DNA of 64,000 nucleotides. Source: Macrostomum lignano (lineage: Eukaryota). Shown here piece by piece: positions 59,167-64,000 of this stretch. The stretch is taken from the NCBI GenBank assembly GCA_002269645.1, contig NIVC01001552.1:205134-269133 (forward strand), given 5' to 3'. Within the stretch, counting starts at the first letter, position 1, and the number at the start of each line of letters is the position of its first letter. The notes under the pieces were generated by a model. The model was not told the origin of the DNA and did not search any database. It worked only from the letters and a program-made list of their open reading frames with translations. Made by a program: the position numbers and the translations under genes.

Positions 59167-59207
<41 letters not shown>

Positions 59208-59217
59208 ATACTACTAC

Positions 59218-59275
<58 letters not shown>

Positions 59276-62200
59276 GCTACTACTACTACTATTACACCCC
59301 TACCGACTTTCTCAGGTTCTCCTTCGTTCAACAATGGGCGAAGATTCTCAAGGCCTGCACAACCGGCTGCTGACGTCATCTCGTCAGCAATTACCTTCAA
59401 CAGCTGCTGTATCTCCACCGCCAGCAGATCCAGCATCGCTGCAATTAATAACTCGACTTTAAACAGTTTATCAATTTCTGTACAACAGCAACAGCAACAA
59501 TTGCATATTCAGCAGCAACAGCAGCAGCAGCAGCAATCGCTGCAACAACAGCAGCAGCAGCAGCAACAGTCTCAGCACGCTGCAATAGCCGGCAATTTTC
59601 GGTCGCCGCTGTTTCTACGCTGGAATCCTAGGCGTCGAGGTCTGTTAGCCTGGGGCATCGACAGAAGTGGCGGCGGCGGAGGAGGCGGCGGCAAGTTGAG
59701 TAGGACGGAGACAGTCTTGCTTGTTTGGGATGTCCACAGCCAGGGTTCCGCACAGTCGGTTAATTCCCCGAAGACTGCGCTGGAGGCTACGGGAAACGAG
59801 TCTGTGGTGTCGTTCGATTGGGTTAGCGAGAAGAACTTTGTATGCGGCACGGCTAGCAAGCATTTGAGAATTTACGATTTGGATCAGTGCTCAGGTGAGA
59901 CGATGGGACGCTAGAGAGATGACAGATGGGTGGCTGAATGGGTAGCTTAGATGACAGATGGGTGGCTGAATGGGTAGCTTAGATGACAGATGGGTGGCTG
60001 AATGGGTAGCTTAGATGACAGATGGGTAGCTTAGATGACAGATGGTGGCTGAATGGGTAGCTTAGATGACAGATGGGTAGCTGAATGGGTAGCTTAGATG
60101 ACAGATGGGTGGCTGAATGGGTAGCTTAGATGACAGATGGGTGGCTGAATGGGTAGCTTAGATGACAGATGGTGGCTGAATGGGTAGCTTAGATGACAGA
60201 TGGGTAGCTTAGATGACAGATGGGTGGCTGAATGGGTAGCTTAGATGACAGATGGGTAGCTGAATGGGTAGCTAGATGACAGATGGGTAGCTTAGATGAC
60301 AGATGGGTAGCTTAGATGACAGATGGGTGGCTGAATGGGTAGCTTAGATGACAGATGGGTGGCTGAATGGGTAGCTTAGATGACAGATGGGTAGCTTAGA
60401 TGACAGATGGGTGGCTGAATGGGTAGCTTAGATGACAGATGGGTAGCTGAATGGGTAGCTAGATGACAGATGGTAGCTTAGATGACAGATGGGTAGGTTA
60501 GATGACAGATGGGTAGCTGAATGGGTAGCTAGATGGCAGATGGGTAGCTGAATGGGTAGCTTAGATGACAGATGGGTAGCGAATGGGTAGCTAGATGGCA
60601 GATGGGTAGCTGAATGGGTAGCTAGATGACAGATGGGTAGCTGATTGGGTAGCTAGATGAGTAGCTAGATGTCTATAAGTAGCAGATAGATGTTCTGCTG
60701 ATAGATGCTAACGAGAACTCAATTCGATAATAAAAACTACCCATCCGGACCCCAGCCAACCAGCCCATCGGCGCATACGATCAGGAGTCTGGCCGGGTAT
60801 CCGAAATCTATGGCGTCTGTCAGGACCCATTTCAGTCATGGAGACTGGCTACTTACGCTGATGTAGGGATATAAATTTTGTGCTTCATATACTTGTATGA
60901 GTAGTCTAGGCCTAGAGCAATCGATATTATTCTATTTTGGTGGTATTTTTAATTTCCAGAAATATGTCGCACTTTGGGATTCGCGTAGATTTGATAGGCC
61001 TACCTGCAGGTTTGAAGAATCCAGACTGGTCCGTGGCATTAACTGGTGCCCATCTAGGTAAGTCTGAGTAGTATGTAATGCTGCATTTTTGCTGCTTAGA
61101 TATCACAGATTGATTCTCATTATCGCAAGAAAGATCCCAGGTATCCTAACATCTTATTATCCCAGATTGTTTCCTCATTGTCAACTTAGGATCCCAGATT
61201 AATCCCGAAATCCCCATTCTAACATCCAGAATCCCATCTAAATCTCCATATCCATAATCCCATCAAAATCCCCAAATCTCAGAATCCCATTCAAATCCCC
61301 ATATCCCATAATCCCATCATAATCTCCCTGTCCATAATCTCATCCAAATTCCTATATCCCATAATCCCATCATAATCTCCCTGTCCCATAATCTCATCCA
61401 ATTTGTATATCCCATAATCCCATCCAAATCCCCATATTCCAGAATCCCATCAAAATCCCCAAATCTCAGAATCCCATCAAAATTCCCATACCCCATAATC
61501 CCATACAAATCCCAAGTCCCATAATCTCATCTAAATTCGCATATCCCATAATCCCATCGAAATCTCCATGTGCCATAATCTCATCCAAATTCCCATATCC
61601 CATAATCCATCAAATCCCATATCCCAGAATCCCATTCAAATCCTTATATCCCATAATCCCATCGAAATCTCCACGTACATAATCTCATCCAAATTCCCAT
61701 ATCCCATAATCCCATCGAATTCCCATATCCCATAATCCCATTCAATCCCCAAGTCCTATAATCCCATAACAAATCCCCATACCCCAGAATCCCATACAAA
61801 TCCCCAAGTCCCATAATCCCAGAATCCCCATCAATTGATATCCCTTTCATTCCACAGGCCCGGCTGGCTGCCGTGAGCCTCGCCAACAGTTCCTATCTGA
61901 CCTTACACGACCTGAGCCACCAGGACAGCCAAGGGCACCGCAGCCCGGACTACCTGGACGACCTGGCCATCGCCACCGATCGCAAAATTCGTTGCCATTT
62001 TGAGCAGTCGGCCCAGCCTCACCTGGCCGCATTCGATTGGCATCCGAAGCGCCAATTAAGCGGCTTTCGCTTCCGAGAACGGCAAGCTGAAGGTGGGCCA
62101 ATTCGTGAACGAGTCTCCGCCTGCCTGTCCGGAGCGGCCGGACTGGCATATTGGGACGGCGAGTCCGCCCTTCGTCTGCACTCGGCGCCATCGCCTCCGC

Positions 62201-63780
62201 CCAGCCTAGATCCAATGGGGGCTCTGATGTGGCGCCGAGCTATAGTTGGCTACGATATTCAAGGACCGCCGACGGCTGCCGAGACTGTGTGAAGACGAGG
62301 AATTGTTGCAGGCCTTTAATTTTATCAACGAATTGTGCCTGACCTCCACTGCCAGTGGTGGTGCGGCGCTGGAGGGGGAGGCCCATACCGTGTATTAATC
62401 TTTTTTTAAAAAGCCATTTATAAGCTATGGAATCGTATTTAGAGTTGCAGAAGCTAATATAAAATCATAGAAAGCCAATTTAAGCTATAGAAGCCAATTT
62501 AAAGCTATAGAAGCCAATTTAAGGCCATAGAAGCCAATTTAAGGCCATAAAAGCCAATTTAAGGCCATAGAAGCCATTTATTGTCATAGAAGCCAAATTA
62601 TAGTCATAAAACCAGTTTAAAGCCATAGAAGCCAGTTTAAAGCCATAGAAACCAGTTTAAGGCCATAGAAGCCAATTTAAAGCAATAGAAGCCAATTTAA
62701 GACTAAAGAAGCTAATTTGAGGCCAAAAACCAATTTAAAGCCATCACGGCCCATTTAAGGCCATAAAAGCCTATTTAAATCCATAAAAGCCAATTTAAGG
62801 CTTTAGAACTCAATTTATGGCCACAGAAACCAATTTAAAAACTATAAAGCCTGTTTAAAGCCGTAAAATCCTATCTAAAGCCATAAAACCAAATTAAATC
62901 CATAGAAGCCGATCTAAAGCGATAAAAAGCCAATTTAAAGCCTTAGAAGCCAATTTAAAGCCTTAGAAGCCAATTTAAAGCCATCGAATCCAATTCAAAG
63001 CTAATTTAAAGCCATAAAGACAATCTGAAGCCATAGAAGCCAATTCAAAGGCATAGAAGCCAATTTAAGGCCATAAAAGCCTATTTTAAAAACCATAGAA
63101 GCATTCAAAGCCATAGAAGTCAATCAAAAGCCATTGAAGCCGACCAAAAGCCATGGAACCAAAGATGCCAATTGTTGTTACAAACTAATCAATTTATAAT
63201 AATAATCAATCAAATCGCAGAGCAACTCCGCTCAGCTGGCGCTCTGGCCATCGCTCGCAGCATCGCTCGCGCTCCACGACCGCCGCCGAAGCAGCTTCAA
63301 CGCCGCTGACCCAGCCGGTCTGCCGCAGCCCTGCCGTGTGGCGTCGACAACCAAATCGTCAGCGACTGCTGCAGCTGTGCCAGTGCAGCCGCATCTGCTG
63401 CCCGATGCTCAGAGCTCTGAAGCTCCACATCAGCAGCAGCAGCAGCATCTGCCAACGCGAAGTCGTCGAATGTTTGAACGCGTCGCCTGTCTTCGCCTTG
63501 TCGCCGGCAGATCCATGCCAGAAAGCTTTGGAGTGGCTTCAGCGAGGCGAGCGGCAATCTAACAATCAGCAATCCGCTGTAGGCCTGAGTCTGGTCTCAG
63601 TAGCTCTGCTGGCGCTTTGTCGAATAGCTTGGCCGCCGATTCGGCGTCAGTAGACGAGCTTTCGGCCGCTGGTTCGGCTTTGCCCGACCTCAGCGACCAG
63701 CTGGAGGAGCACCCGTATCTGCGGGTCATGTTCCAGTTCATCTCCGGCGGCCCCAGCGAGGCCAATATGCGCCTTATAGT
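58468..63780 (+). CDS. MIOS: MIOS/Mio/Sea4 (GATOR2 WD-repeat subunit), partial and frameshifted. Exons 58468-58713, 59316-59894, 60756-60862, 60960-61057, 61858-~62390, 63221-~63780
   Basis: LQWSP..EDRF, VAWQP...LLAIGLSTGK|V, WNP...LLAWGID...VLLVWDV, IYGVCQDPF, VALWDSRRFDRP..WCP, FDWHP, RQRLLQLC and HPYLRVMF.FI follow vertebrate MIOS in order. At least 5 frame breaks; the last two exon ends are approximate. Confidence 0.82.
58880..59293. repeat. (TAC)n trinucleotide microsatellite in MIOS intron 1
   Basis: Direct reading. Confidence 0.97.
59905..60670. repeat. 32-bp-based minisatellite (GATGACAGATGGGTGGCTGAATGGGTAGCTTA) in MIOS intron 2
   Basis: Direct reading. Confidence 0.95.
61200..61840. 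repeat. Degenerate ATCCCATA-core satellite in a MIOS intron
   Basis: Direct reading. Confidence 0.9.
62410..63150. repeat. Degenerate 20-bp satellite (TAGAAGCCAATTTAAGGCCA) in a MIOS intron
   Basis: Direct reading. Confidence 0.9.
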
Positions 63781-63874
63781 TGGATGGGATGCCCCTGAGA
63801 ATAGTGAGTTCGGGCTGCTTAGTCTTTGTTACTATGATGGATTGCTAGATTTTGTTTTCAAGATGGATTTCGAA

Positions 63875-64000
63875 ATCTAGTTTGTGCCTAAGATGGATTT
63901 CGTAGTCTTGGTTTGTGTCTAAGATGAAATTAGTAGTCTTTGTTTGTGTCTAAGATTGAATTAATAGTCTTTGTTTGTGTCCGAGTTGAATTAATAGTCT
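63875..64000. repeat. Start of a further intronic tandem repeat (TAGTCTTTGTTTGTGTCTAAGAT...)
   Basis: Four similar units at the window end. Confidence 0.75.

Noticed and set aside
58861-59436. Poly-valine membrane protein ORF
   Set aside because: Antisense reading of the (TAC)n microsatellite

Overview
Repeat-saturated animal (eukaryotic) genomic DNA with spliceosomal introns and no prokaryotic features. Short exons buried in locus-specific minisatellites resemble a flatworm such as Macrostomum, but I cannot confirm the species from sequence alone. Host genes reconstructed by hand from splice sites and reading phase: a Lachesin-like Ig gene (-, runs off the window start), an F-box/LRR gene (+), a compact Gab/DOS/SOC-1-like PH adaptor (-), prolidase PEPD (+) with an intronless PAN + C-type lectin gene nested in intron 2, TAPT1 (+), and MIOS/Sea4 of GATOR2 (+, runs off the end, several frameshifts). 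Mobile DNA: an intact intron-containing Crypton-type tyrosine recombinase gene next to a 36-bp-arm hairpin, a young full-length Ty3/Gypsy (Mag-like) LTR element with a 5-bp TSD, two mariner derivatives, a MITE group with 8-bp TSDs, a foldback element and a tRNA-derived SINE. Most notable: (1) the Crypton-like recombinase, with an atypical catalytic H-to-Q position and a structured 5' flank; (2) kb-scale domains in which repeat copies have lost almost all CpG (19 of 21 sites in one pairwise comparison) and also show CAG-to-TAG change, suggesting domain-restricted cytosine methylation with a non-CpG component; (3) a same-strand nested lectin gene bracketed by inverted SINEs; (4) intronic minisatellites built from splice-site motifs. 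All alignments, counts and repeat boundaries were done by eye.
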